From the IMG/VR virus record IMGVR_UViG_3300021978_000001, positions 192,001 through 256,000 of that record: 64,000 bases of DNA; one strand, written 5' to 3'. This document shows, piece after piece, positions 12,601-21,928 of the stretch (positions are counted from its first letter, which is position 1; every line of letters starts with the position of its first letter). The notes beneath the pieces are model-generated. The model was not told the origin of the DNA and searched no databases. It saw only the letters and a list, made by a program, of their open reading frames with translations. Source of the stretch: a virus. Taxonomy: Duplodnaviria > Caudoviricetes. Position numbers and translations under genes: made by a program.

Positions 12601-14250
12601 TCCAGGCGTCGAAGGCGTGGACTGCGTGTTCACCTGCAAGGTGATCGTATCATCCTGCAAGCGCGAGTAGTAGTACGTCGCCCACACGTTGTGATCTGGA
12701 GGGATAGGATCACTCACCGTCACGCGTCGCGTGGTGGGGTCCACGTTCACGACCGTGCGCGCTCCCTCTGCAATCGCTTCCTGGAGCGTCACGCCATGGT
12801 AGATCTGCACGAGATCAGGGCGCGATGTAGGAAGCCCGCTGCGATCGTTATTCACCTGATCGAAGAGGTCCGCGTCGAGAGGCGTCGAACGCCCGTTACC
12901 CGTCGTGGGGACCTTATCGAGTACAACAGTGAAGTCCGAAATCTGCGCAGGAGAAACGCTGCGGTCCACGAAACGTGTCGCGGCTTCCAGATACACACGG
13001 TTATCCACCAGGGTAGCCGTGATCTGGGAATCATCAAAGAACTCGGTCCCGGTGGTGTGCACGCCGGAAGCCACAGTCACCGCCGCACCCCAGAGGATGC
13101 GACCCGACGTGTCCAAGACGTAATCCACGCCCTGGATGTAATCGCGACGTCCAGGGCTAATGCCCACGCGCAGCACCGTCCTCACATCCGTATCAGGGAG
13201 CGTGTCAAACGTATCCTGGAAGTTGTTGAAGAAGTACGTGATCTCGACCACAGAACCCACTTCAGGGGCTTGTGCGAGCGTCACCGCACCATTGGCACCA
13301 TCCACCGCGAGCACATCGACAGCAACATCATCCACGAGCACCGTCACGTCCGTGGGGTTGGTGGAGGTGATGCCTCCGTTGTCCCCAGTTACGATCGGTG
13401 CCTGGTAGGTGTAGAAGAGCGTGTTACGTGTCGTGGATTGACCCGAAAGGAATCCAAGCGTGGCGTTCGAGGTGCCTTGACCGAGCACGAGCGAACCCTG
13501 CGAAGAGAGCTGCACGCGATTGTTCCCCTGGTTGTCAGCATCCACAGTCGCAGTCAAACCCGTGATCAGAGCGCTGTTGATGTCCAGGACAATCTGAGCT
13601 GCCGTGCGCGTCCCCGAGGTCAGCGTCACGGTAGTCTGTGCGCCACCATTCACCGAAACGATGAAGGTATCGTTGACGCCCGCAGTGATCGTGTAAGGCC
13701 CAACCTGAGCACCCTTGAGTACCGCTGCGTCCGAAGACACCTGCGACGATACATCATCCGTGGTCTGGGTGTCCGTGCGGTTGAAAAAGTACGTGACACG
13801 CACATCCGCGCCCGCCGCAGGGGGAAGCTGCAACGTCACGATACCCAACTCACCATTCACCGCCGCAGGGCTCACGAGTTCGCCATCCACAGTCACCGAG
13901 ATGTCCTGGGGATCGTTCGTGGTCACACCACGTCCATCGCCTGCAACGATGGGATAGTTCACCACGCGAAAACGAGCTTCGGCGCCGGTAGAGTCTCCCA
14001 GGATGGGTGCATCCGGGTTCGTGTTATCGACCACGAAACGGCCCGCAGCCGATTCGTTGACGATCTGTTGATCTGCTGAAGCAGAAGACCCGCGAACCAG
14101 CTCGAAGTCTGTACGTCGAAGGGTCTCTGCACCCACGCCGATAAGAACAGGAACACGAGCGCCAACAGGAGGCCCCGAGGCATCTTGTTGTACTCGCGTT
14201 TCAGTTACTACGCCGGGAGACGAATAGCTATCGAAAGGTCCACTGGCCAC
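9691..14250 (-). CDS. contractile tail sheath protein, very large (1519 aa) with inserted beta-rich repeats
   Basis: Sheath-type N-terminus (SSPGVVTETR) and C-terminal domain (PDLLVPLT...ERRCIFG...TRRTLVGF...VVAFYQPVFPLKYIQVTF). Confidence 0.85.
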   Translation of the reverse strand: MASGPFDSYSSPGVVTETRVQQDASGPPVGARVPVLIGVGAETLRRTDFELVRGSSASADQQIVNESAAGRFVVDNTNPDAPILGDSTGAEARFRVVNYPIVAGDGRGVTTNDPQDISVTVDGELVSPAAVNGELGIVTLQLPPAAGADVRVTYFFNRTDTQTTDDVSSQVSSDAAVLKGAQVGPYTITAGVNDTFIVSVNGGAQTTVTLTSGTRTAAQIVLDINSALITGLTATVDADNQGNNRVQLSSQGSLVLGQGTSNATLGFLSGQSTTRNTLFYTYQAPIVTGDNGGITSTNPTDVTVLVDDVAVDVLAVDGANGAVTLAQAPEVGSVVEITYFFNNFQDTFDTLPDTDVRTVLRVGISPGRRDYIQGVDYVLDTSGRILWGAAVTVASGVHTTGTEFFDDSQITATLVDNRVYLEAATRFVDRSVSPAQISDFTVVLDKVPTTGNGRSTPLDADLFDQVNNDRSGLPTSRPDLVQIYHGVTLQEAIAEGARTVVNVDPTTRRVTVSDPIPPDHNVWATYYYSRLQDDTITLQVNTQSTPSTPGQYTVRSSLLGAQLYGVQFGTKSAGTFTANFPSGSETNPDAFISGTSGVNETVTVTFTDNEALPAVLTNNLPGTYDIYPAASDTLYINVNGSDLTVDLNQAAFGVLVSDAFDDGATFNIVAATNDTFDFEVDGTAYSATLPTGAAVSLADIVEAIWRAVPTTATLTGTQVEPFNIVGATNDAFDLTVNGTLVNVTLTAGAAQTANDVLTDITTALGLAGLTVGDTAVAGNDVNVTVVGGAIKIDASMTLEIGTGNANATLGFTDNDLVTNILVAQARDGGADKDRILLRSKVTPGGPDEPSLIRVLDGNANATLGFDDFASAAGTEAAVNKAATLLSDPISATDITQLAALTGASFIVSIDGVESTITGFGGVASVADIATVIDTALGATATVIDVDDTIRITSATITNNSSIAIGAGTANEFVGFTLGDAAAQRRVETEEIVAVLNATAADWTAPVSGTEFIADAFASVFTVQGEGDYLRLETFSTGATTSFTIGTGADTVLNDTGIGFEAADSASGVAATDGFDVTSSAASGSSGSGVVGQTYVDDTTGLTFTLLEEAGGNYPVGESFTLVVSNVFETSVSRVVKAVGGAELVVTSTEDVGIGDTATVTTFNSSGQEPANGDFYYITYDYNKTDFSTQLFTSFAAIQAAYGDLSPENPLTLAAYFAILNGAVVLGLKQVPRATGLGQATSTSYISALTELGQPLTGGVRPDLLVPLTSDPTVMAAYVNHAAVQASPRYKQERRCIFGVASGTRPEDARALARSLNSARALLLYPDSAIVSLPDGQGGEVQSVVDGTYLAAAMAGVLANPQFDVAQPVTRRTLVGFTRINRQLDEPTKNALAVDGVLVLENVGLSLRVRDGVTTDPSSVFTRIPSIVAIQDFVQQQTRAALERYIGTKFLVSRAQDVEQTLSGLLNTLVEQNIINAFTGVSATPDANDPTLLRVVAFYQPVFPLKYIQVTFTITANGIA

Positions 14251-14315
14251 GACAACCTCATTGGTGAATAGGGGCGGTAAGCGCTCTTTGCCATCGCCCT
14301 CGGAATATCAATAGA

Positions 14316-14771
14316 TTATGATGAATCACCCTCATCGTGCAGGCCAATACCCTTGGCTTCACGTATTTTACGGTGATCATGCAATGCTTTCTGGTAACCG
14401 TTATGCAATACCTTGAAACGATCCACTTCCTCGGGAGCCATGGGGACATAATCCCCACCCTCTACCTTGACAGGAACCTTGCCCACGCCACCTGCGTCCC
14501 GCTGGACTTCACGTTTGCGCGCGAAACGATCCTTATAATACTCCCAGTTGGCCGCAGCGTCGCGACCGATGCGCTTGTCGATGTCCGTATCAAGACTGTA
14601 CACACCTGTGTTCCCAGGCACCTTCCCATCACCGAAAGCGAACCCGAAGTCCGACAGGACACGCTCCGCTTGAGCCTGACAAGATGGGCAGGCCATCGCG
14701 TCCGGCTTACCTGAGCGAACCATGCGCTCGAACTTTACACCACACGTACACTGAAACTCATAGATGGGCAT
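14316..14771 (-). CDS. FmdB-family zinc-ribbon protein
   Basis: MPIYEFQCTCGVKFE...CPSC...RVLS. Confidence 0.8.
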   Translation of the reverse strand: MPIYEFQCTCGVKFERMVRSGKPDAMACPSCQAQAERVLSDFGFAFGDGKVPGNTGVYSLDTDIDKRIGRDAAANWEYYKDRFARKREVQRDAGGVGKVPVKVEGGDYVPMAPEEVDRFKVLHNGYQKALHDHRKIREAKGIGLHDEGDSS

Positions 14772-14827
14772 CCTTTACCTCCATACGTCTGGGATTGCTC
14801 CCTACACTACAACAGAACACAAACCCA

Positions 14828-16606
14828 TCACCGGATGCGCTCGAAATCCCCTGCGGCGCGAAGTACCGTGTTGGGAAGCTCTGCGAGCGCGACAACACCA
14901 TCAGGGCGCTGATCGAGATCCTGATCATCAGCCCACCGCGCCTCTTGATCGAATGACGAGGGTGAGACGCGACGAATGATGAGGGGACGCTCGATATACA
15001 GCTCCCAATCCGCCTTCATGGAGAGCGAGAGGTTGGCCAGGTAGTAATAGTCATCCCCCACTTCATCGTAGGGCTCCTCGCTCTCACCTCCCATGGATAC
15101 CTGCTCGATGGCCAGGCCCTCTTCTGCAAGACGCTCGCGCCACCACTGGAAGAAAAAGAGCGTGACCAGATCTGCCATCTCGGAACGCGTCATGGCATCA
15201 CGAGCGATGATGTCAATGTCCAGACTCACATCTGCCTTTCCGCCATACACATCCGCGACCACCTCACGCTCGGCAGTCACGATCACCGCGCCGATGTCCC
15301 CATCCTTGAGGGATTGCCCGAAGGCCAGGATGGCGCCTGGGATAGCTTCAGCGTTCGCACAGTTTCCATCCGCGATGGGAAACGGACCTCGGGAAGCATC
15401 AGGGTAACGATAATCTGCGAAGATCTCCTCACCAGGATCGAAGGGATGCAAGAAGGTCACTTCACCCGTGGTCTCGTTAATCGAAAAATCACCCGCATCC
15501 ACAGTCCCGACCACCAAGCTGGTCGCCGCCGTTCCCGCCGTGATCTCCGCTGCAATATCAGTCACCGCGCGTTGAGGATAAGGCGTAAGATCGGTCTCGA
15601 CTTCTACGCCATCGACCACCACGCGGAACGTCGCATTCAGGGGCATGGTAGGCTGTGCCATCACGCCCGTGATCGTCACAGGTACGAAGCCCTCCGTAAA
15701 ACCAAAGACCGCATTAGCAGGGCTGGTGATGTCATCAACAAACTCAAGACTCGTCGAGCCTCCGATTTGCAACGCGCCGCCCACATTGGTCAAGGGCGCC
15801 TCGGAGCGTCCAATGTTCGCGAGATCCAACGCAGCACGAAGCTCATCAATCACTTGCTCGACGGTCAATGTGCCAGCGGTGAATACCACCGTCGCGGTTT
15901 TACCATTGATGCGCAGCACGAACTCGTCATCCAAGCCCGCCTGGAACGTGTAATCACCCGGGTTGGGCGCGAGCGCAGATGTAGGCACCTGACCAGTGGG
16001 GAATCCCAAATTCCTGTGCGTCGGAGAACCTCCGATGTAGAGAGACTCATCCGCTGTCAACGTCAAGGCGGTCCCTGTCAACAGCTCGTAGCCTGCTGCA
16101 TTGAACAGACGCAAGGAACGTCCGAGCATGGGTGCATTCAGGAGAAGTGCAGAAGGCTCGTCCCCCGTCACGAACGTGATCAGGGGTTCCTCCTCCACGG
16201 TAAGCAGGGGGTCCACGTAAAACTGAAACTCCTCACACCCGTTGGTAGGATTCACGCCGGTGGATTCGATCTGGAGGTAGTACACCCCCGGCGCCGAAGG
16301 AAAACCGAGGCTGTCTTCGAGCAAACGATCATCCTCACGCACCCACTCGATGAAGCTCCCTTCGTGATCTCCCACGCGCGCGTACATCAGATGCGAATGC
16401 AACGTCCCCATGAAGTTGTCCGCGCTCAGGGAGAGCGGAGAGATAGAGGACCCCTGAATCACGATGCCCTTCTGCGGACGCTCGCGAAACTCGTACTTCT
16501 CACGAATGAATCCTACGACATCCTTGTGCTGCTCGTGCGCGTTGAACGAGTAGCGCAGGACTTCCATCATCCGTTTCTTGACTGCGCGCGTGAATTGATA
16601 ATACAT
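14828..16606 (-). CDS. putative tail terminator/completion protein with inserted sheath-like beta modules
   Basis: Position upstream of sheath; C-terminal beta-sandwich-like segment (VSLDIDIIARD...LSLSMKADW); internal module GDYTFQAGLDDEFVLRING...ANAVFGF matches sheath repeats. Confidence 0.55.
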   Translation of the reverse strand: MYYQFTRAVKKRMMEVLRYSFNAHEQHKDVVGFIREKYEFRERPQKGIVIQGSSISPLSLSADNFMGTLHSHLMYARVGDHEGSFIEWVREDDRLLEDSLGFPSAPGVYYLQIESTGVNPTNGCEEFQFYVDPLLTVEEEPLITFVTGDEPSALLLNAPMLGRSLRLFNAAGYELLTGTALTLTADESLYIGGSPTHRNLGFPTGQVPTSALAPNPGDYTFQAGLDDEFVLRINGKTATVVFTAGTLTVEQVIDELRAALDLANIGRSEAPLTNVGGALQIGGSTSLEFVDDITSPANAVFGFTEGFVPVTITGVMAQPTMPLNATFRVVVDGVEVETDLTPYPQRAVTDIAAEITAGTAATSLVVGTVDAGDFSINETTGEVTFLHPFDPGEEIFADYRYPDASRGPFPIADGNCANAEAIPGAILAFGQSLKDGDIGAVIVTAEREVVADVYGGKADVSLDIDIIARDAMTRSEMADLVTLFFFQWWRERLAEEGLAIEQVSMGGESEEPYDEVGDDYYYLANLSLSMKADWELYIERPLIIRRVSPSSFDQEARWADDQDLDQRPDGVVALAELPNTVLRAAGDFERIR

Positions 16607-16615
16607 GCGACCCCC

Positions 16616-18091
16616 TTACAGGTTCGTGACCTCGTAAACGCGGGGCTCGTTCTCATCATCATAGCGCACGAGAAGACGATAGCTCGGGTACGTCTTCACC
16701 ATCATGTTGATGCTATGCTTCTTACCATTGCGGTCGGTGAACTCATAGCGACGCCCACCGCTCCTGTACAATGCCTTGAAGTTCAAGATCGCATCCAGGT
16801 CCTTCTTGTAGATGGCCTTGTCTGCGTAGAGCTGGTGCGCGTAGTCGTAGAGCGCCTTATCCTCAGTGACGTCGTTCATAAGCCTGGTGCGCGTGGACGC
16901 TTCCGGGTCCATCTTGGACCAGGTGACGTTCACGGTGCCAGGGTTGCGCTCGATCTCGACCTCGCCATCCTCGAAGTCCCCGACCATGTAGTGCTCCATC
17001 GGGTTCTCGACCACGAGCCAGGACACCGCCTCGCGTACATCGTCTGACAATTCAGATCGAGGATCTTCGAGGACCATGCGCAGGCTATCGAAGACGACCT
17101 CCTTGGGGCGGCTGAAGAATCCGAACGAGGGGTCCCTACGCGAAGGCTTGAAGGTTGCGCGGAAAGAAATCGACTGACCCACGAGATCGTCATCCTCGTT
17201 CGTGCGCCTGTAGACATGCGCGGGCACTGTACCCTCGACCTCGTATACTTTCTTGTTCACATCGAGCGCACGCACGCGCATCTTGACCTGGAGGCCGTAC
17301 TCACCCTGGTGATAAAACACCGAGAGGATCTCACCCCCCTTGATGGATGCATCACCCTCGGGGACTTTACCCTTCTCTTCTGCATCCGCGTCGATTGCGT
17401 TGAAGAACCCGAACTGAGGGTCATTGCGAGAACGCGTGACCTCTGCCTTGAAGTTGACCTTGGTCCCGCGAGAAGGCTTGTTTCCGTGGCGGTCGATAAG
17501 CTCGGGTGACAGGTTCCCGAACAGACGGAACTGCACACCATCCTTGACGACCTCCACGAGCATCGCAGGACCGTTTCTGTTGCTCTTGGTCGAGTAGACC
17601 GTGCCCTCGACATCATACACGCCCTCGACCACGTTACCGAGCACAGGAGCATCATCACTGGTGATAGGTTGTGCGTTGAGTTCAGGGCGCTCGAAGAGGA
17701 GGCGACGAGGTTTAGGAAGTCTGCCATCCTTGCGGAGCTTGGAAGAGGTCCAGGCGACGATCCCAGCGCGGTCGAGCAGGAAGTAGTACACCTTGCCATA
17801 GCCCTTGTTGACAATGGCTATGTGTCGCATCTGCTGGCGGTCATACCCCTTGACCGAACGTGCCCAGGCTTCGGAAGCCTCGGGGTGTTGATTTTCACGC
17901 AAGGCGTAATCGAGCGCGGTCTTGCCCTGCGCAGCAGTGCGGTAGAGACCATCGTTGTACTTGGCGATCGTGAACATCTCACGCGTGAAATCGAACGCCA
18001 ACTTGGTACGCGCCGCGTGAACGTGCTGCACCATACCATGGAGACCAGGAGCCCCCGCCAACTTGTTCAACAACTTCGTGAGATGGTCCAT
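16616..18091 (-). CDS. hypothetical protein with two OB-fold-like repeats
   Basis: Two copies ending V(N/S)F(K/R)A...SR(N/R)DP(Q/S)FGFF. Confidence 0.6.
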   Translation of the reverse strand: MDHLTKLLNKLAGAPGLHGMVQHVHAARTKLAFDFTREMFTIAKYNDGLYRTAAQGKTALDYALRENQHPEASEAWARSVKGYDRQQMRHIAIVNKGYGKVYYFLLDRAGIVAWTSSKLRKDGRLPKPRRLLFERPELNAQPITSDDAPVLGNVVEGVYDVEGTVYSTKSNRNGPAMLVEVVKDGVQFRLFGNLSPELIDRHGNKPSRGTKVNFKAEVTRSRNDPQFGFFNAIDADAEEKGKVPEGDASIKGGEILSVFYHQGEYGLQVKMRVRALDVNKKVYEVEGTVPAHVYRRTNEDDDLVGQSISFRATFKPSRRDPSFGFFSRPKEVVFDSLRMVLEDPRSELSDDVREAVSWLVVENPMEHYMVGDFEDGEVEIERNPGTVNVTWSKMDPEASTRTRLMNDVTEDKALYDYAHQLYADKAIYKKDLDAILNFKALYRSGGRRYEFTDRNGKKHSINMMVKTYPSYRLLVRYDDENEPRVYEVTNL

Positions 18092-18118
18092 TTGTGGGGG
18101 CTCCTGACTATAAGAAGG

Positions 18119-19414
18119 TTAATCTGCCTCGTTACTCGCCTGGAGTAACAGGCCCGTGGCGACCGAGTTCAGTGGCGACTTGGCGCGCCGAATTTCGCTG
18201 ATCTCGAAGGGGAAACGCTTGCGGTACTTCTTATCGAAGATACCAATGAACATTTCTATAAAACCATCAGGGAGACTCGTGCCTCCCGAGACCACGATCG
18301 GGATCGCGTCCTTGATTTTGGTTCCCGCCTGCTTCTCCTTGATGTGCTGAATCACGCTCTTGATAGAGTCGCTGATCAAACGGCGATAGTAGAACACGAG
18401 CGCCTCACGCTTGCGACCTTCCTCATCCGTTCCATAGTCCTTCAAGGAGAGATCGAGACCCTCTTCCTTGAGCACACACATGTTGGCAGCGGTGGTGTTC
18501 TTGAACTGACCCGCCGCAGACGAGTCAATCCAGTCCCCACCCTTGGCGATCGAAAACTCCAGGATAGAGAGACCCTTGTAGGCGAGAGCGACGTTGACCA
18601 TCCCCGAGCCAAAGGAAATGCCAATCCCGGAGAACATATCCGAGGCACACTCCGAGAAGACCACAGCCATCGCTTCGTTCCCCGAGTACGCGATGTATCC
18701 AAGCTCTTCGAGGATGCGCTCGAAGACCGCTTCGTGATAGATCACGTCCTTGTCCGGGCGATCGACCGGGGCAGCAGGGATCGAGTAGAAGCAGATCTCA
18801 TCCTCCTCACGAGGTTCACCCACCACGCTCTCGATCATGATCGAGAGCACTTCGAGCGCGTCGTGCTCATCCGAAGAGATCAACCCCTGGCTCAATGGAC
18901 GGCGCGCTTCCCTGCGAAAGAGCTGGGCATATTCGAGCGCGCCATCTCCGAGTACGAGGATCTTGTCCTCGTACTCGACAAAGGGCACGTCGTTGAGCTG
19001 GAGCTTACTCTTGGCGTCCAGAGGCAGATCCAGGAACGCATCTCGGATCTGGCGCACCTGGGGCTTTCCATCAGCCCCGTAACGCGCCGCGACGATATTC
19101 ATCGTCCCGATGTCCAGCCCCACGCAAGGTTTGCCCTGCGCGCTCTTCTGTGTTTCGGTGGCCTGACCCTCCGAAGGGGATGAACCTGGAGGTACCAATT
19201 TCTTCTGAGACATACTACTTCCTTTTTCTGAGGGAATCTCTTCTGACGAGGCATCACAAGCCTCTCGAAACAATGTGGTCAGTTCCCACGCCCTGAGACG
19301 TGCACGTACCGTAGAGACGCTGCACCCTAACACGGTGGCGATGTGTTGTAAAGTATGACCTTGCTTTACGAGATCAGTCAAGTGTTCTCTGGAGATGTCC
19401 AGTTTACGTGCCAT
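18119..19414 (-). CDS. actin-like ATPase (MreB/ParM/MamK superfamily) with an in-frame N-terminal HTH; alternative start at 19213
   Basis: Phosphate-1 VGLDIGTMNIV, phosphate-2 GISFGSGMVNV, GGDWID, adenosine VVSGGTS; HTH TLQHIATVLGCSVSTVRARL. Confidence 0.8.
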   Translation of the reverse strand: MARKLDISREHLTDLVKQGHTLQHIATVLGCSVSTVRARLRAWELTTLFREACDASSEEIPSEKGSSMSQKKLVPPGSSPSEGQATETQKSAQGKPCVGLDIGTMNIVAARYGADGKPQVRQIRDAFLDLPLDAKSKLQLNDVPFVEYEDKILVLGDGALEYAQLFRREARRPLSQGLISSDEHDALEVLSIMIESVVGEPREEDEICFYSIPAAPVDRPDKDVIYHEAVFERILEELGYIAYSGNEAMAVVFSECASDMFSGIGISFGSGMVNVALAYKGLSILEFSIAKGGDWIDSSAAGQFKNTTAANMCVLKEEGLDLSLKDYGTDEEGRKREALVFYYRRLISDSIKSVIQHIKEKQAGTKIKDAIPIVVSGGTSLPDGFIEMFIGIFDKKYRKRFPFEISEIRRAKSPLNSVATGLLLQASNEAD

Positions 19415-19430
19415 AATCCTCACCGCGTGC

Positions 19431-19652
19431 TTACCGCGTCTCCTGTGTGTAGTAGAAGGCACCATCACGCCAGATCACCGTACCGTTTTGACTCAACAAC
19501 GTCAAGACAGCCTCAAAGGCTTCAGGGGACTCCTGAGCCCAGGCTTCCACATCAGAGAAGCTAGACGCCTGGCGACGCAAGGGACGCGTCAGATAGCAAT
19601 GCGCCACGCGCGAGGTGAGACGTTGGAGATCATGTCGTGTTCTTCTTGCCAC
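19431..19652 (-). CDS. small protein carrying the RVAxxYL motif
   Basis: GTG at 19652 preceded by AGAGGA; RLTSRVAHCYLTRPLRRQAS. Confidence 0.45.
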   Translation of the reverse strand: MARRTRHDLQRLTSRVAHCYLTRPLRRQASSFSDVEAWAQESPEAFEAVLTLLSQNGTVIWRDGAFYYTQETR

Positions 19653-20373
19653 GTTTTTTCCTCTTGCCACGCAAAGATGCCAGCGCGTTAGCGGCATCGC
19701 TCAGGTCATCATCCAGGGTCTCAGCCTCTCCCGAAGCATCACCACGGACCGTCGCATTGCCTGTGCGCACCGTGGAAGGAACATAGATGTCATCCTCATC
19801 CTCCCACTCCAGGTCCGCGTCAGGCAGGGTCTTGACCTCACTGTCTTCTGTTGAAGAGCTGGGTGCATTAGACACGACCGGAGCCGCAACCGTGACAGGA
19901 CGCGTCAACAACTCTTGCATTTGCGCGAGCAACGCTGCTTGCGCATCCAGAAGACGCTCGGTGGTGTCCTGGAGACGCTTGTTCTGTTCCATCAACTCCT
20001 GGTGATAATCCTTGGATGCCTCCTTTTGTGGAGGCTCCTCTGCGGGCACAGGAGGCGTTACAGGGGGCTGAACAGGCGCCTCTTGTTTATGCGGGCGCGA
20101 GGGTCTAGGAGCGACTCGAACAGGCTTGGGAGGCTTGGTAGCGACTCTCGCGCTCGCGCGCGGTTGTGAATCCATGTAGTTCTTGATACGCACTTGCACC
20201 ACATAACCCAGACGAAACGCGTCTGCGAGGTCACGACTGCGCGAAGCACGCTCACGACTCAGGGAGATCTCCTGCCGATAGGGTACGGTGACCCCGAGAT
20301 CGACCAACTCATGGCCCCCTACGACCTCTCCTCGAATGATTATCATCTGTGCCATAATTCCCGTCCTTCTCAA
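19630..20373 (-). CDS. hypothetical protein (Pro-rich linker, coiled coil, basic tail)
   Basis: 4-nt overlap with upstream gene; coherent 247-aa ORF. Confidence 0.6.
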   Translation of the reverse strand: MRRTGIMAQMIIIRGEVVGGHELVDLGVTVPYRQEISLSRERASRSRDLADAFRLGYVVQVRIKNYMDSQPRASARVATKPPKPVRVAPRPSRPHKQEAPVQPPVTPPVPAEEPPQKEASKDYHQELMEQNKRLQDTTERLLDAQAALLAQMQELLTRPVTVAAPVVSNAPSSSTEDSEVKTLPDADLEWEDEDDIYVPSTVRTGNATVRGDASGEAETLDDDLSDAANALASLRGKRKKRGKKNTT

Positions 20374-20873
20374 CCCCGACCACCAAACAGCGCACCAAAC
20401 CGTTGTACGATCTGATCGCGTGTTTGAGCCATTGCTTGCTGTTTCACTTTATCCATCGCACGCTTTGCGCCACGCTCCATAAAATTCTTACCTCGAAAAC
20501 CCGGATGACGCCAGCCTCCCTTTGCCATGGATGCTTTTGTCGCAGTACGAAACACCACCTTGCCCTGGTCTGTGATAATCGGAATAGGACGACGCGCCTT
20601 GGTCAAGTGTGTCATCTGATACGCCTTCACACCTCGATTGAGATACACCGCCGCAGGGTGAGACGAAGAGATCACGAGCTGGCCGTTCTGGACCTGGTAA
20701 GAGAAGGAATCGAGGAGCTTTACAGGAAGCCCCTGGAATGACGTGCGACGAATCTCAGCCTTGACCTCTCGTAGTACCACGGGTCCCAGGGTCTCCAAGA
20801 AGTTCTTCGAGGGAGATGACGTGTCTTTGAGAGGCGTGGACCTTGCCCCTGTGGGTTTGGCGGTATCTGGCAT
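20370..20873 (-). CDS. putative neck/tail-completion protein (HK97 gp10-like)
   Basis: LLDSFSY...HPAAVYLNRG...WRHPGFRGKNFMERG pattern and position among neck genes. Confidence 0.5.
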   Translation of the reverse strand: MPDTAKPTGARSTPLKDTSSPSKNFLETLGPVVLREVKAEIRRTSFQGLPVKLLDSFSYQVQNGQLVISSSHPAAVYLNRGVKAYQMTHLTKARRPIPIITDQGKVVFRTATKASMAKGGWRHPGFRGKNFMERGAKRAMDKVKQQAMAQTRDQIVQRFGALFGGRG

Positions 20874-20959
20874 GAATCGACTCCTTGACCGAGATCACGA
20901 ACGTCGCCTCCCGGTTTTGCTCCGCGAGCAGGGCTTTGTACTCTTCGGACTCCATTGAT

Positions 20960-21643
20960 TCACTCTCCCTGGTGCTCTCGTAGCGCGGTGATGAAACCGA
21001 GCGGGTCTACACGAACGTGTACCTCATCTGAGGGAGACACATACACAACAGGGGCCGTGGGGCGATCTTCACCAAACATGTCTGCAACGCACATGATCAC
21101 TGGCGCGGGAGAACGATGAGGCATCACTTGCCTGGCAAGAGCGCGAACATCGAAGTCAGGCAACTGCCGCACAGACACCTCGAAGATGAGGAGGTCGTAA
21201 TTACGCCCGACAAGATAATCGGGACGACGCCCTCCCCGAGTAGACCCTAGAGACGCACAATGAATATTGCGACGCCCTTGCTTGACTCGTCGTTCCGACA
21301 TCAGGCGCGGCGTGGGACCGATATACGCTATCTGACACTCGGGGAACGCATCTGCAAAGCGCGACACTGCGTGAGAGTATCCCACATGCCGCCCGAGCGA
21401 GATCAGCAGATGATCATGATGCGTGAGGCGAATCCGGCGCGGGAGGTTGGTCACAAAGTGACGCCCACCACTAATGTACTCTTCAAAGAGCGACACGAGC
21501 ATATCCGTCGCCCAATCCAGGCGCGTGTTCCAACGCCACACCGGCATATGCTTGGAGCCACTTTGACACCAAAGCGATTCCTCCTCCAGAAGAGGGGAGG
21601 GAAGGTTCTGGAAGTGGCCCTCTTCCCACGCTTGAATCAACAC
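20960..21643 (-). CDS. hypothetical protein, possibly a degenerate P-loop fold
   Basis: LGRHVGYSH and DLLIFEV loosely echo Walker A/B but lack catalytic K and D. Confidence 0.45.
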   Translation of the reverse strand: MLIQAWEEGHFQNLPSPLLEEESLWCQSGSKHMPVWRWNTRLDWATDMLVSLFEEYISGGRHFVTNLPRRIRLTHHDHLLISLGRHVGYSHAVSRFADAFPECQIAYIGPTPRLMSERRVKQGRRNIHCASLGSTRGGRRPDYLVGRNYDLLIFEVSVRQLPDFDVRALARQVMPHRSPAPVIMCVADMFGEDRPTAPVVYVSPSDEVHVRVDPLGFITALREHQGE

Positions 21644-21918
21644 TACTTCTCCTCGATCATGTCCATGCTTTGAGCCATCTCGATGACGGCGCGCGTCATG
21701 GTAGGGTACAACTTGTCGTTATCCAGGTCAATCTCACCCAATTCCTTGAGCACCTCGCCCTTGACCGCGTTAAAGAACGCCTCGGGCGCGTCCGTGATGC
21801 CGAGTTGTTGCTTTGTGATCTCACCGATCATCTTCTCGACATCGGTCTCGGGCGTATATGCCAGACGATCTGCGAGGTATTGTTGTGCGACGCGAGCCGC
21901 GAGCTTACGCATGTTCAT
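21643..21918 (-). CDS. small protein carrying the RVAxxYL motif
   Basis: MNMRKLAARVAQQYLADRLAY. Confidence 0.65.
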   Translation of the reverse strand: MNMRKLAARVAQQYLADRLAYTPETDVEKMIGEITKQQLGITDAPEAFFNAVKGEVLKELGEIDLDNDKLYPTMTRAVIEMAQSMDMIEEK

Positions 21919-21928
21919 GGTGTCCCTC

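Noticed and set aside
10153-14079. Long plus-strand ORFs (e.g., 10153-11601, 11779-14079; also 15314-17047, 35098-36633, 39812-42166, 50876-52291, 55422-57131)
   Set aside because: They are exact antisense shadows of well-supported minus-strand genes, rich in R/H/V/G with no motifs or RBS; this is expected from codon bias in GC-rich DNA.
9691-16606. Extracellular contractile injection system, tailocin or T6SS interpretation of the sheath
   Set aside because: Terminase, portal, protease, capsid and replication genes are in the same unit, so this is a phage.
20755-20955. 66-aa minus-strand ORF
   Set aside because: It overlaps the neck-like gene start by about 120 nt and contains that gene's RBS; evidence is insufficient.
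20960-21643. Active helicase or second terminase ATPase
   Set aside because: Walker A Lys and Walker B Asp-Glu are absent; at most a degenerate fold.
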